64,000 nucleotides of DNA from an uncultured Acidimicrobiia bacterium (GTDB lineage Bacteria; Actinomycetota; Acidimicrobiia; Spongiisociales; UBA5794), in assembly GCA_963753185.1 (NCBI GenBank), contig CAVWBO010000007.1, positions 1,610,914 through 1,674,913 of the forward strand, read 5' to 3'. The first letter of the stretch is position 1, and each line of letters begins with the position of its first letter. Made by a program: the position numbers and the translations under genes. This document shows, piece by piece, positions 1 through 10,154 of this stretch. The notes beneath the pieces are model-generated. The model worked only from the letters and a program-made list of their open reading frames with translations, had not been told where the DNA came from and did no database searches.

Positions 1-924
1 TCGCATGTGTCGAACTCGGATCTCGCGACCCTTGCGAGCAAGCGTGCGCTGGCGGCCGCCGGTCGATCAGCCGATGAGATCGACTACATCATCCTCGCGA
101 CCTGTACGCCCGATCGACAGATCCCATCATCGGCGTGCTACGTGCAGACGAAGCTCGGTGCGACGAACGCAGCTGCTGCCGACATCAACGCGGGGTGCTC
201 GGGGTTCATCTACGGCCTGTCCATGGCATACGGCCTGATCGGAACGTCCCAGGCATCGAAGGTGCTCGTCATCGGCTCGGAGCGCACCACCTCGTACCTC
301 GACTTCGAGGAGCGCGCAACAGCCGTCCTGTTCGGCGACGGTGCCGGGGCGGTCGTCCTCGAGGCGACCGAGTCGGACGTCGGGATCCGCGCAATCAGGC
401 TCGGTGCCGACGGCGCAGGCTCCGAGTGGCTCACGGCGCGAGGACTCGGGACGGACTATGCGGGGTCGGGTGAACGGCTCGCCATCGTCATGGACGGTGC
501 CGAGGTCTTCAAGGGCGCCGTGAAGCAGATGGGCGACAGCTCCGTCGAGATCGCAGCGGAAGCGGGCTGGGAGCTCGGCGACATCGATCTGCTCATCCCG
601 CACCAGGCCAACCTGAGGATCATCGACGCCGTGAGGCGAAGGATCGGCGCAAGTGAGGACAAGGTCTTCGTCAACATCCACAAGTACGGCAACACCTCCG
701 CCGCGACCATCCCCATTGCGCTCGCCGAGGCACTCGACGAAGGCAAGGTCGGTCCGGGGTCCCGGCTCGTGTTGGTGGCGTACGGCGCCGGGATCACCTG
801 GGGCGCGTGCGCCATCGAATGGGGAGACAGGGTGACACCAACCGGGATCATCGACGACGCGCTCCCAGAGCCCCACGAGACCGCACTCGCGATGATGCTC
901 GCCAAGCAGGTGGTGTTCTCGTGA
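1..924 (+). CDS. fabH: 3-oxoacyl-ACP synthase III (FabH), 5'-truncated by window edge
   Basis: ORF 7..924 continues open upstream to position 1. It aligns to FabH from roughly residue 50 onward, including the active-site Cys region (NAGCSGFIYGL) and the C-terminal HQANLRII and GNTSAA motifs. Confidence 0.85.
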   Translation, partial: SHVSNSDLATLASKRALAAAGRSADEIDYIILATCTPDRQIPSSACYVQTKLGATNAAAADINAGCSGFIYGLSMAYGLIGTSQASKVLVIGSERTTSYLDFEERATAVLFGDGAGAVVLEATESDVGIRAIRLGADGAGSEWLTARGLGTDYAGSGERLAIVMDGAEVFKGAVKQMGDSSVEIAAEAGWELGDIDLLIPHQANLRIIDAVRRRIGASEDKVFVNIHKYGNTSAATIPIALAEALDEGKVGPGSRLVLVAYGAGITWGACAIEWGDRVTPTGIIDDALPEPHETALAMMLAKQVVFS

Positions 925-1658
925 CCGTTCCGGTCGCCCTGGTCACGGGCGCGTCGCGGGGCATCGGCAGGGCGATCGCGATGCGTCTGGCAGGCGATGG
1001 ATTCGCCGTCGCCGTCAACTACGCGACGAACACGGACCTCGCGGACGAGGTCGTCGCGAGTATCGACGCTGCCGGAGGGACGGCACTCGCCGTTCGCGGG
1101 GACATGGCGGACGCCGATGATGTGGCGGCCACGTTCGCGCGGGTTGAACGCGATCTCGGTCCCGTGACCGTGCTCGTGAACAATGCGGGGATCACCGACG
1201 ACGGCCTCATCCTGCGGATGGACCTCGAACAATGGAACCGCGTCATCTCCACCAACCTCACGTCGGCGTACCTGTGCACGAAGGCTGCGCTCCGGGGCAT
1301 GGTCAGGGCCCGATACGGGCGAATCATCACGATCAGCTCGGTCTCGGGGATCTCGGGGAATCCGGGACAGGCGAACTACGCAGCCTCCAAGGCCGGACTC
1401 ATCGGGTTGACGAAGTCCGTCGCGAAGGAGGTCGGTTCCCGAGGCATCACGGTGAACGCCGTGGCGCCCGGATTCATCGACACCGACATGACGGAGTCCC
1501 TCGGTGAGGCCGTGACCTCGAGGGCTGTGGAACAGATCTCCCTCGGTCGTCTGGGTCGACCAGAGGAGGTCGCGTCCGTGGTTGGCTATCTTGCCTCGGA
1601 CGGCGCGTCGTACGTAACGGGTCAGACGATCGTCGTGGACGGCGGCCTGGCCCTTTGA
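921..1658 (+). CDS. fabG: 3-oxoacyl-ACP reductase (FabG, SDR family)
   Basis: The GTG at 921 overlaps the fabH stop. It encodes the TGASRGIG Rossmann motif and the NAG and YxxxK SDR catalytic pattern. Confidence 0.85.
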   Translation: MTVPVALVTGASRGIGRAIAMRLAGDGFAVAVNYATNTDLADEVVASIDAAGGTALAVRGDMADADDVAATFARVERDLGPVTVLVNNAGITDDGLILRMDLEQWNRVISTNLTSAYLCTKAALRGMVRARYGRIITISSVSGISGNPGQANYAASKAGLIGLTKSVAKEVGSRGITVNAVAPGFIDTDMTESLGEAVTSRAVEQISLGRLGRPEEVASVVGYLASDGASYVTGQTIVVDGGLAL

Positions 1659-1675
1659 ATCAGGAGGCGGAAGCC

Positions 1676-1921
1676 ATGGAACGCTCGGAAATCGAATCGA
1701 AGTTGACCGGACTCCTCGTCGACGAGCTCGGCCTCGATGCTGAAAAGATCACGATGGAGTCGAGGTTCGAGGAGGATCTCGAGGTCGACTCGCTCGGCGT
1801 CGTCGAGCTGTTGATGGCGCTCGAGGACAACTTCGGCGTACAGATCCCCGATGAGGAAGCCGAATCCCTCACCACCGTTGGCGAGGCCGTTGCCCTCGTC
1901 GAACAGAAGCTCAACGGCTGA
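1676..1921 (+). CDS. acpP: acyl carrier protein
   Basis: About 80 aa and acidic, with the phosphopantetheine attachment motif LEVDSLGVVELLMALE. It sits between fabG and fabF. Confidence 0.85.
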   Translation: MERSEIESKLTGLLVDELGLDAEKITMESRFEEDLEVDSLGVVELLMALEDNFGVQIPDEEAESLTTVGEAVALVEQKLNG

Positions 1922-1931
1922 GGGAGGCCAC

Positions 1932-3182
1932 GTGACCGATCGCCGCGTCGTCGTCACCGGGCTCGGTGCGGTCACCGCGCTCGGCAACGGTGTCGAACCG
2001 ATCTGGAAGAACCTCCTCGCAGGTACGAGCGGGATCTCGCGCATCGAGCGCGTCGACGTCTCCGACATCCCGACGAAGATCGCAGCGGAGGTCAAGGACT
2101 TCGACATCGAGCAGTACATGCCGCGCAAGGAGGCAAGGCGCCTCGACAGGAGCGCGCAGTTCTTCTGGGTCGCGACGAGCCAGGCACTCGATGACGCCGG
2201 CCTCCACTACGAGGAAGATGACCCAGCCGCCCTGCGTGCAGGCGTGCTTGCGGGAACAGGGATCGGCGGCGTCGAGACGTTCGAGTCCCAATTCGAGGTG
2301 CTGAAGGAACGGGGCCCACAACGGATGTCTCCGACAGGCATCGCCATGATCATCTCGAACATGGCCGGGGGAGTCGTCTCGATCGACTTCAATCTCTACG
2401 GTCCGAACTCCACGGTCGTGACCGCCTGCGCGGCATCCGCAAACGCCATCGGGGATGCAGCAGAGGTCATCAGACGCAATGCCGCTGATGTGATGGTCGC
2501 AGGTGGCGGTGAGGCCAGCATCACGCGGTTCGCCGTCGGAGGATTCGCCCAGGCCCGGGCGCTCAGCAAGAACAACGACGACCCTTCGGGGTCATCGCGA
2601 CCGTTCGACCTCAATCGGGACGGATTCGTGATGGGGGAGGGCGCTGCCGTCCTGGTGCTCGAGGAACTCGACCACGCCCTCGCCAGGGGGGCGACCATCC
2701 ACGGTGAGGTCCTCGGATACGGGATGTCCGCGGACGGGTACCACATCACCCTTCCGCGGCCCGGCGGAGCGGGCGCGGCACGTGCGATGACGGCGGCGCT
2801 CCAGGACGCGGGCATCGCACCCGCTGATCTCGGGTACATCAACGCCCATGGCACGTCGACCCCCGCGAATGATGCGACCGAGACGGCTGCCATCAAGCTC
2901 GCGTTTGGTGATGCCGCGTACGACATCCCCGTGTCGTCCACGAAGTCGATGACGGGGCACCTCCTCGGTGCTGCGGGGGCGATCGAGTCCCTTGCGTGTC
3001 TCCTCGCACTCCGAGATGGTGTCATTCCGCCGACGATCAACTACGAGACGCCTGATCCCGAGTGTGACCTGGACTACGTTCCGAACGCTCCGAGAACCGT
3101 CGACATCTCCACGGCGATGACGAACAGTTTCGGCTTCGGAGGACACAACGTGTCCCTCGTGTTCGGCCGGTACGGGGGCTAG
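1932..3182 (+). CDS. fabF: 3-oxoacyl-ACP synthase II (FabF/KAS II)
   Basis: It starts at GTG 1932 (VTDRRVVVTGLGAVTALG). Ketosynthase motifs are present, including the active-site Cys (TACAAS) and the HGTST and GHLLGAAG motifs. Confidence 0.85.
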   Translation: MTDRRVVVTGLGAVTALGNGVEPIWKNLLAGTSGISRIERVDVSDIPTKIAAEVKDFDIEQYMPRKEARRLDRSAQFFWVATSQALDDAGLHYEEDDPAALRAGVLAGTGIGGVETFESQFEVLKERGPQRMSPTGIAMIISNMAGGVVSIDFNLYGPNSTVVTACAASANAIGDAAEVIRRNAADVMVAGGGEASITRFAVGGFAQARALSKNNDDPSGSSRPFDLNRDGFVMGEGAAVLVLEELDHALARGATIHGEVLGYGMSADGYHITLPRPGGAGAARAMTAALQDAGIAPADLGYINAHGTSTPANDATETAAIKLAFGDAAYDIPVSSTKSMTGHLLGAAGAIESLACLLALRDGVIPPTINYETPDPECDLDYVPNAPRTVDISTAMTNSFGFGGHNVSLVFGRYGG

Positions 3183-3616
3183 AGCCGATCCTCCGGGAAT
3201 TCGCCTTCGGGCGGATCATCAGGTTCCGCCTCACATCCGACACCCGGGGGTTGTGCACCCGCAGCGATGCTCTCGTTGTACTCGTCGAACGACCGCGTCA
3301 CGAGGGCGGCGACGAGGCCGACTCCGACGAAAGAGGCAAGTCCGAGGGCGACTGCGGCACTCGCCTCCGCCGCAGCACACGAGCCGGGCAGGCAGATGGT
3401 TTCGACGATGCTCGCCCCGATGAGTGCTCCCGCCATTGCACCCACAAACACGGTCGTGGCGATCGCAGGGCGGACGTTGGCGCGCGATGCGATGACCCCG
3501 TACACGAGTCCGCCGACGCCGCCCACGGCCGCGAGGGTCGGGCCGGAGATGAACCAACCTGTCACGGCTCCGAAGCACACCGTGGTGATCGTTGCCGCGA
3601 TGTCCGAGGCGCGCAC
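3179..3616 (-). CDS. hypothetical polytopic membrane protein
   Basis: 145 aa and strongly hydrophobic (about 4 TM helices). Its start abuts the stop of the upstream membrane ORF. Confidence 0.45.
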   Translation of the reverse strand: MRASDIAATITTVCFGAVTGWFISGPTLAAVGGVGGLVYGVIASRANVRPAIATTVFVGAMAGALIGASIVETICLPGSCAAAEASAAVALGLASFVGVGLVAALVTRSFDEYNESIAAGAQPPGVGCEAEPDDPPEGEFPEDRL

Positions 3617-3617
3617 G

Positions 3618-4310
3618 TCATGTCCTCCGATCGATCGGCTGGGGGAGGACGGGCGCGATCACCGTGGTCGTATGGCGGGCTGCCGGTGTCCATGCGGCCA
3701 CACCGATGGCAAGGCCGGCAGATGCGATCGCGAGACCCGGCGCGCCCGTGGTCGCAAGGCCCGCGACCACGGCGGTGATCGGCGTTGCCGTCCTTAGCGT
3801 CCAGATCCCGATCCGATTCCCGCGCCCGTAGAGGATGGATCCGACCATGGTGATCCCTGCGAGGAACCAATGGTGCCAATCCGTTCCCGTGCCCATCAGA
3901 ACGAGGCCGAGGAACAGTGGTGCTGCGGCGCCCACGGCGATGAGGGCGACGGGGGTCGGTCCTGGGGCGTCGGCAATACGGTGGTGTCTCGTCCACAACG
4001 TGAGCCACGGTCCGAGAAGCCCGACGAGCGCCATCCCGCCGACGATGTACGCGGTCCATGTGAGAGGTGTGTCACCGACCGAGGACGTGCTCATCGCGAC
4101 AATCACGGTGCAGATCAGCACGACCCGTCCCCACGGTGCCCTCGCGAGGAGGAGTCCGGAGAGGCCCACCAACGAGGAGACGAGCAGCCCCGTGATGAGC
4201 ATCGGGACGGTGGAGCCTGCGATCGGGTCCGGTTCTACGGCGACGGCGAGGCACGCGACCACGACGGCGGCAAGGGCGACGGCGCCGATGATCAGGTGAG
4301 GTCGTGCCAC
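3618..4310 (-). CDS. hypothetical polytopic membrane protein
   Basis: 230 aa with about 6-7 predicted TM helices. It sits 8 nt downstream of the secreted-protein gene on the same strand. Confidence 0.45.
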   Translation of the reverse strand: MARPHLIIGAVALAAVVVACLAVAVEPDPIAGSTVPMLITGLLVSSLVGLSGLLLARAPWGRVVLICTVIVAMSTSSVGDTPLTWTAYIVGGMALVGLLGPWLTLWTRHHRIADAPGPTPVALIAVGAAAPLFLGLVLMGTGTDWHHWFLAGITMVGSILYGRGNRIGIWTLRTATPITAVVAGLATTGAPGLAIASAGLAIGVAAWTPAARHTTTVIAPVLPQPIDRRT

Positions 4311-4317
4311 CGCTCGA

Positions 4318-4731
4318 CTACTGCGCGGGGCGGCTATCGACCGATCCGGGGATGCGTTGGAACCCGATGAGGGCGCTGTAGCGATGGATGGCAGGATCGA
4401 GCGTTGAGAAGTCGAACTCGTACGTGGCTCCTGGTGGGAGCGTCACGGGCTCGAAGAAGTCACCCGTAGCGCTCAGGATGTATTCCCGGTCATCGTCGTT
4501 GATCCACTGGACGATCTGGGCCACGTCGAGGTCGAGGCGGAGGTTCGAGGGGCGGAATGAGCCATTCTCGAGGTGGACGATGACGACACCCTCGGGAGGC
4601 GGTTCCGTGGTCGTCGTGGTCGTGGGCGTCCGTCCTGCGTCCTGGGTGGCCTGTGATGGCTGGCTGCTGAGAGTGGTTCCGACGACGAGTAACACGGCGA
4701 AGACGACAGCCACGAGAATGCTGCTCTTCAT
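4318..4731 (-). CDS. secreted cupredoxin-like domain protein (copper ligands apparently absent)
   Basis: N-terminal signal peptide (MKSSILVAVVFAVLLVVG), a Thr/Pro linker, then a plastocyanin-like beta pattern (FRPSNLRLDLDVAQIVQWINDD...GATYEFDF) without the H/C/H/M copper ligand set. Confidence 0.4.
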   Translation of the reverse strand: MKSSILVAVVFAVLLVVGTTLSSQPSQATQDAGRTPTTTTTTEPPPEGVVIVHLENGSFRPSNLRLDLDVAQIVQWINDDDREYILSATGDFFEPVTLPPGATYEFDFSTLDPAIHRYSALIGFQRIPGSVDSRPAQ

Positions 4732-4823
4732 GAGGTTGAGCCTGCCCACACCGGTCCTCTCGATCGCGGGGTCCCCGAAGTGTAAACGAGGTGGGTCGTA
4801 CTGCGCTGTCGCTCGGGGTCACA

Positions 4824-5426
4824 TCATCGCCCGAACGGGCGCCAGATTCCTACGTCTTTCCAGTTCGTCAGGTCGTCCGAGGATATCGTCACGACCGTCG
4901 AGTGGCCGGGAGGATCGACGAGGAGTTCCGAGAGGCTCCTCCCGGTGAGCCGGAGTCGCCCAGCCTGCAGCGGGTCTTGATGCCCCACGACGACGAATTC
5001 ACGAAGGCCGCCGCGTGCGGCTTCGGCGACCACCCGCTGGACACGGTCTGCGACGGCGTCGAGTGTCTCTTCGACATCGCCGAGCGTGGATGCATCAGCG
5101 AGATACCGCTCCACCTGGCCAGGGAAGCGTGTGGCCAGATCATCCCATCGGTGGCCCGTCCAGCCCGGGTATTGGCGTGTCTCGACGAGGTCGCCGGCGA
5201 CGATCGGTTCGAGGTCATGGCGTCGCGCGATTGCCGTCGCCGTCTGGCGCGCCCTGGCGAGGGGAGAGGTGAGTACTCCTTCGATGCGGCGTTTCGCGAG
5301 GTGGGACGCGGCCGCATGGACCTGACGGACGCCGAGCGGCGAAAGGTTGAAGCCCTCCAGGTCCGCATACACGACATGGTTCGGATTCGCGACTTCGCCG
5401 TGGCGGACGAGGTGGACGATCGTCAT
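4824..5426 (-). CDS. histidine phosphatase (phosphoglycerate mutase family)
   Basis: N-terminal LVRHGE catalytic motif; 200 aa. Confidence 0.7.
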   Translation of the reverse strand: MTIVHLVRHGEVANPNHVVYADLEGFNLSPLGVRQVHAAASHLAKRRIEGVLTSPLARARQTATAIARRHDLEPIVAGDLVETRQYPGWTGHRWDDLATRFPGQVERYLADASTLGDVEETLDAVADRVQRVVAEAARGGLREFVVVGHQDPLQAGRLRLTGRSLSELLVDPPGHSTVVTISSDDLTNWKDVGIWRPFGR

Positions 5427-5613
5427 GCACCGAGCCTACGGTGCACCCGGATCGATGGATGCGGGATCGTTGTCGACCAGGCTCGTCGCCGGATCCACTC
5501 ATCGGGAACGCACCGACGGAGGTACGGCGTTGCTCAAGAACGAATGGAGCAGCACCGATGCCTGCAGGTATACTGTCCCCACGGAACACCCGTCGACGAT
5601 GCGGGAAACGCAC

Positions 5614-5949
5614 ATGCCACTGAACGAGCACGAGCAGAAGATCCTCGACGAGATCGAACGTCAGCTGTACGAGGACGATCCGAAACTCGCTGAGATGGTC
5701 GCACGGGCTGTGCGCACGGGACGGAATCGATGGAAGATGCGGCTCGCCGCAATCCTGTTCGTCGCTGGGGCCGTCATCATGTTCGCGTCGTTCACCCGAT
5801 CGTGGGTCGTCGCCGGCATGGGGTTCCTGGTCATGGTCGCGACCGCCGGATGGATGGCGCTCACCGCTCGAGCCGCCCGCATCGGATCCGGAGGAGGCAC
5901 GAGCGACCTGTTCGATCGGCTTCAGAAACGTTTGAGACGAGACGGTTAA
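5614..5949 (+). CDS. DUF3040-family small membrane protein
   Basis: MPLNEHEQKILDEIERQL N-terminus followed by two TM helices, typical of actinobacterial DUF3040 proteins. The start could alternatively be ATG 5599. Confidence 0.6.
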   Translation: MPLNEHEQKILDEIERQLYEDDPKLAEMVARAVRTGRNRWKMRLAAILFVAGAVIMFASFTRSWVVAGMGFLVMVATAGWMALTARAARIGSGGGTSDLFDRLQKRLRRDG

Positions 5950-5998
5950 CATGGCGGTTCTCGTCTCCGCCGAGCGGTAGGACTGGGCGGCGAGATCG

Positions 5999-6547
5999 AT
6001 GGTACACATAGCGGGTTGCTGCTTCACGCCCGCACGGAGACGAAGAGGGAGATGGGTCTTGGAAGGTTTCACCGCTGCACAGGCGTGCCAGCTCACGTCG
6101 TGCACACCGCACCAGCTTCGGTACTGGGACAAGGTCGGTCTCGTCCAGCCGTCGATCCAGACGACCGATGGTCGCCCTGGGAGGCGGCGGATCTACAGTT
6201 TCCGTGATCTGGTCGGCCTCCGGGTGGTGAAGAGCCTCCTCGACAATGGCCTGTCCATCCAGAGGGTCCGAAGGGCGTGGGACTACCTGAGGCGTACCGG
6301 CGAGATGGATGACCATCTCGCCGAGGTTCGCCTCGTCACCGATGGGCACTCGATCTTCGCCGTCGCCCACGATGACGCCGAACTCCTCGACGCGCTCCGC
6401 CAGGGTCAGCTCGCATTCTTCGTGAAGATCGACGAGATCGCCCAGGATGTAGAGGACGATGTCAGCAAGTTCGAGCTCGATCGCGAGACCTTCCGCGACA
6501 TGCTGAGGCGGGTCGAGGACGACGTGCGCAGTGAGGCCTCTGGCTGA
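5999..6547 (+). CDS. MerR-family transcriptional regulator
   Basis: Helix-turn-helix motif FTAAQACQLTSCTPHQLRYWDKVGLVQP followed by a coiled-coil-like C-terminus. The true start is probably an internal TTG near 6059. Confidence 0.6.
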   Translation: MVHIAGCCFTPARRRRGRWVLEGFTAAQACQLTSCTPHQLRYWDKVGLVQPSIQTTDGRPGRRRIYSFRDLVGLRVVKSLLDNGLSIQRVRRAWDYLRRTGEMDDHLAEVRLVTDGHSIFAVAHDDAELLDALRQGQLAFFVKIDEIAQDVEDDVSKFELDRETFRDMLRRVEDDVRSEASG

Positions 6548-6585
6548 CGGTCCGGTCGGCCCGTGACGAGCGTCGTGCCGAGTGC

Positions 6586-9030
6586 TCAGCGCCTGCCCAT
6601 GAGGTTCGATCGGATGCGCTTGGCGCGTTCGAGCAGTCGGGACGGTCGATAGAGCGCCCTGACGCGCTCTGCTCGCGAGTATCGGGTCGTGAGGTGCTGC
6701 GCTGCACGGAGCCTCGCAGCGGACGCATCGTCCACGAGGTCGTCCGACTGGTCTTCGCCGTAGAGTGCCCGACCGTATACCGATGCGAGCGGTACGAAGG
6801 CGGTATCGATGGCCTTGGCAGCCTCGATTGGCGTCGCTGCGGGATCGACAGGCTCGCGAAGGTCGGTGAGGCGTTCGACGATGTCGGTCCACGCCGCAGT
6901 GATGTCGCCGTTGCGGAGCCGGGTGATCAGCCTTCGGCGACGAATCATCTTCACGGCAGGCCCCGTGACGGCAAGGAGGGTCGCGAGACCCGCTGCGGCG
7001 AGGGCGACGGGAAGCCATGACGGCAGGTTCCATCCCAGGGGTCCCGCATCCGAGCCTCCTCCAGCCGGAACGAATGGCGTATCGCGTTCGATGGGCGTGA
7101 ACCTCCCGTCCGGTCCGATCTGGCCACCTTCGGTATCGACGAATGTGGGATTCGGTATGTCGTCCACATAGTCCGCGGGTGAGAAGCCGAGTGCGGCCTC
7201 GATCGTCTCGTTCGCCGTCGGTGCCGAGAAGAGACGCCTCGGTGTCGGATCGAATGCCACCCACCCGTGGCTCGGGACCCAGAGCTCGACCCAGGCGTGG
7301 GCGTTGCGGTCCATCACCTGGACCGTCGTGTCGTTGATCCTCGTCCCCGGCGTGAATCCGAGGACGACGCGCGAAGGCACGCCGACCGCCCTCGCCATGA
7401 GCGCCATCGCAGTTGCGAACTGCTCGCAGTATCCCTGCCTGGCGTATGGGTTGTCCTCGTCGGCCAGCCATGCGTACACATCACTCGTCGTGTACTCGCC
7501 GGGGACGCGGTCGTTGTACACGAACTCACCGCTGTCGCGGAACCAGTTCTCGAGGGCGAGGCCCTTCTCGAAGTTCGTCGAGACGTTTCCGACGACGCCA
7601 GCGGCGAGGGCACCGAACCCGGCTCCGAGCTCTTCGGTCGGATACTCGAGCCAGAACTCCTCATCGGTCAGTTCCTGGGGCTCCGGCGTGACGGGGGAAT
7701 CGGGAACCGACGCGCCATTGTCGGTCGCAGCCGCGAAGAGGGGACTGAGCTCGCCAGTCGTCGTTCGAGCGAGTGCAGCGATCGTCGGCCCGTCGTAGAG
7801 CGGCATGTCCGCGCGCACGGAGTAGGTCATGCCCTCGTAGCTGATGTCACCCGGCAGCATGAGTGAGCCGTCGAGGCGGCGGATCCGCAGATCGTTCTGG
7901 TCGGTGCGGTTCTGCGCGATCACGGCATTCGGTGTGACCGGCGCAGGTAGCCAGGGCTGGGCGAGATTGTCGATTCGGATGTCTGCTCGAACGGGGACCG
8001 TCACCCCCCGATAGACCTGCTCGTCCTCGATCCACGGTTCCTCGTCGAGCGGGTAGATCCGGACTCGATCAGTGGACCATCGCCCGTTCACGTACACGTC
8101 GAGGGTGACCGTCCTGAAGCGGACCGATGAGGGGTCTGCCCCGCCGATCTCTGCACGGAAGAGGGGATTCGAGGTCTGGGCGATCAGCCCCGCACGGATG
8201 TCGGTGAAGGGGTTGTATGACACGGACCCCGAATACCCGTCCGAGTACCCAGCAGGTGACCTCCACGTGATGAGGCCATCACTGGGCACCCTCTCCCCGG
8301 CGACGGCAACGGTCGACAGCGACACGAAGACCACCGCCACCACCATGCCGACGATCGCCGCCGATGGCCTGCGTGTCGGTCGCGAAACCCCGTTGACTCG
8401 CTGCAGGCGACCGGATCCCGCGTCTCGCTCGTCCGCACGTATGGCAAGGAGCGACAGGGCGACGATGCCGACGAACACAGCGAGGTGTGCCATGCCCTTG
8501 GGACGCCGATCGATGATGACGAACTGGAGGGCGACGATCAGCGGCGTCAGCACTGCAACGAACGGACGGCCGTTGAGCAAGCCGGCGACGAGGAGGAATC
8601 CGAGGATCCAGAAGAGCGACGCCAGAAGCATCACCATACCGGGGACGGGACGAACAGGCTCCACCCCGAACCGGATGATCTCGAGCGCCCGCCCGAACTC
8701 GAACACCACGGCGTCCCAGGTGGCTGCTGTCGGCAGGATGGTCCACAGGGTGTCGGGAGCCATGAGCATCCCCGCCGTCAGGACGAACGCAGCCATATTG
8801 ACGATGACGACGACGATCGCGCTCGCCCGGTACGCGATCGCCGTCCATGTGATGCCCGCGCCGAGCAGGAAGGCGATGAGGATCGCCAGCTGCCACGGCG
8901 TGCCGCTCGTGGAGTCGCGCAGCAAGGACGACAACTCCCAGAACGCAAGCCCGACGGCTGCCGTGCCTGCTATCCAGCTGTAGCGGTAGACCATCCGTGC
9001 TCCATCGCGTTGCGCCATGCGCCCGCCCAC
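6586..9030 (-). CDS. transglutaminase-like protein (TgpA/DUF3488-type; N-terminal multi-TM region plus transglutaminase core)
   Basis: N-terminal hydrophobic region, with the transglutaminase core Cys motif GYCEQFATAMALMARAVGVPSRVVLGF in the C-terminal half. It sits downstream of the DUF58 and MoxR genes. The start may instead be an internal Met (8994). Confidence 0.75.
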   Translation of the reverse strand: MGGRMAQRDGARMVYRYSWIAGTAAVGLAFWELSSLLRDSTSGTPWQLAILIAFLLGAGITWTAIAYRASAIVVVIVNMAAFVLTAGMLMAPDTLWTILPTAATWDAVVFEFGRALEIIRFGVEPVRPVPGMVMLLASLFWILGFLLVAGLLNGRPFVAVLTPLIVALQFVIIDRRPKGMAHLAVFVGIVALSLLAIRADERDAGSGRLQRVNGVSRPTRRPSAAIVGMVVAVVFVSLSTVAVAGERVPSDGLITWRSPAGYSDGYSGSVSYNPFTDIRAGLIAQTSNPLFRAEIGGADPSSVRFRTVTLDVYVNGRWSTDRVRIYPLDEEPWIEDEQVYRGVTVPVRADIRIDNLAQPWLPAPVTPNAVIAQNRTDQNDLRIRRLDGSLMLPGDISYEGMTYSVRADMPLYDGPTIAALARTTTGELSPLFAAATDNGASVPDSPVTPEPQELTDEEFWLEYPTEELGAGFGALAAGVVGNVSTNFEKGLALENWFRDSGEFVYNDRVPGEYTTSDVYAWLADEDNPYARQGYCEQFATAMALMARAVGVPSRVVLGFTPGTRINDTTVQVMDRNAHAWVELWVPSHGWVAFDPTPRRLFSAPTANETIEAALGFSPADYVDDIPNPTFVDTEGGQIGPDGRFTPIERDTPFVPAGGGSDAGPLGWNLPSWLPVALAAAGLATLLAVTGPAVKMIRRRRLITRLRNGDITAAWTDIVERLTDLREPVDPAATPIEAAKAIDTAFVPLASVYGRALYGEDQSDDLVDDASAARLRAAQHLTTRYSRAERVRALYRPSRLLERAKRIRSNLMGRR

Positions 9031-10154
9031 GTTCCGTCTGGCGTCGTCCTCACCACGAACGCGCCGAGTCTGGCGAAGCCCATGATCGTGTCGTCGTCAC
9101 CCTCAGAAACGGAAAGTACAACGGTTCTGTAGAAATCCTGACCGAGGAGCCTGAACGAGGTGAGGTCGGCGTCGTCCGGCTTGCCCGTCACCATCACGAG
9201 GACACCGCCTGCCATGCCGGACCGCCGGAGCCTGCTGATCACGTGTCGCAGATCCAGCGAACGCACGGGACGGATCACGGCGAGCTCCTCCATCACCCCA
9301 CGGTACGCGTCCGGGTTCGCCACGACCGTTCCGTTCCCGTGTCCAGCCCACATCGTCGGCGTATAGCCGGCTCGGTACAGGTGGTTGAGCACCGATGCTG
9401 CTCCCCGAACCGACTGCTCGAATGACTCCGCGCTCGCGTGGGGCTCGACCCTCGGGTCGAGGAGGACGAAGGCCCGTGATTGCCACGGCATCTCGAGCTG
9501 CTTGATCATCAGTTCGTCCCTGCGCGCAGACGACGGCCAGTGCACCCTGCGCAGGTCATCGCCCTGGTGGTACTCGCGCAAGGTGTAGAAGTCCTCTCCA
9601 CCGCTGTGCCAGAACGCAGCTCGTGACGTGTTGATGGTCTGATCCTGGCCGCGACCTGTGGGGACACCGTCGAGGGTCTCAACCCTGGGATACACGACGA
9701 GTCGGCTCGACACCCCGAACCTCGCCGTCGATTCGACGAAGCCGAGCGGGTCACCGAGGCTCACCTTCGCAGGGCCGACCGTGTAGATGCCCCTTGGCCT
9801 GCACACCACCTCGTATCTCCCCGCCATCACGTCGTCAGGGCTGATCCGATCGGCCCCGAAGCGTGCAGCGCCGAGTCCGTGGACCCGATCCTCGACGGAG
9901 ACGCGGTAGATCCGTCGGCGCGACCGAACCGCGATGTCGACGAGTGCACGCTCCCCGTCGTGAAGCTGTACGGGGTTGATGTCACGCTCGAGGGAGAGGC
10001 GCGGAGTCGCCATTCGGACGTACGCCGAGCCGCCGAGCACCGCGGCGAGGAGGAAGGCCGACAGGGCGAGGAGGAGGTCCTCCCCGAACGCAGCCCAGAG
10101 GACGCCGAGGGCCATGGCCGCCCCGACGGCTGCCCAACCCCTCGTCGTGGGCAT
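8970..10154 (-). CDS. DUF58 domain protein (vWA-like, MoxR partner)
   Basis: Its ATGA start overlaps the MoxR stop. The sequence matches the DUF58 family (EDFYTLREYHQGDDLRRVHWPSSAR). Confidence 0.75.
   Translation of the reverse strand: MPTTRGWAAVGAAMALGVLWAAFGEDLLLALSAFLLAAVLGGSAYVRMATPRLSLERDINPVQLHDGERALVDIAVRSRRRIYRVSVEDRVHGLGAARFGADRISPDDVMAGRYEVVCRPRGIYTVGPAKVSLGDPLGFVESTARFGVSSRLVVYPRVETLDGVPTGRGQDQTINTSRAAFWHSGGEDFYTLREYHQGDDLRRVHWPSSARRDELMIKQLEMPWQSRAFVLLDPRVEPHASAESFEQSVRGAASVLNHLYRAGYTPTMWAGHGNGTVVANPDAYRGVMEELAVIRPVRSLDLRHVISRLRRSGMAGGVLVMVTGKPDDADLTSFRLLGQDFYRTVVLSVSEGDDDTIMGFARLGAFVVRTTPDGTWAGAWRNAMEHGWSTATAG

Noticed and set aside
5861-7471. Long antisense or overlapping ORFs from the six-frame track (e.g. 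5861..7471-, 5215..6132-, 13565..14698-, 15027..16271-, 18346..19674-, 23174..25660+, 24080..26200-, 40719..41951-, 50793..52460-)
   Set aside because: They overlap well-supported conserved genes on the other strand or frame and have arginine/proline-rich low-complexity translations typical of stop-poor frames in about 68% GC DNA. None shows a recognisable domain.
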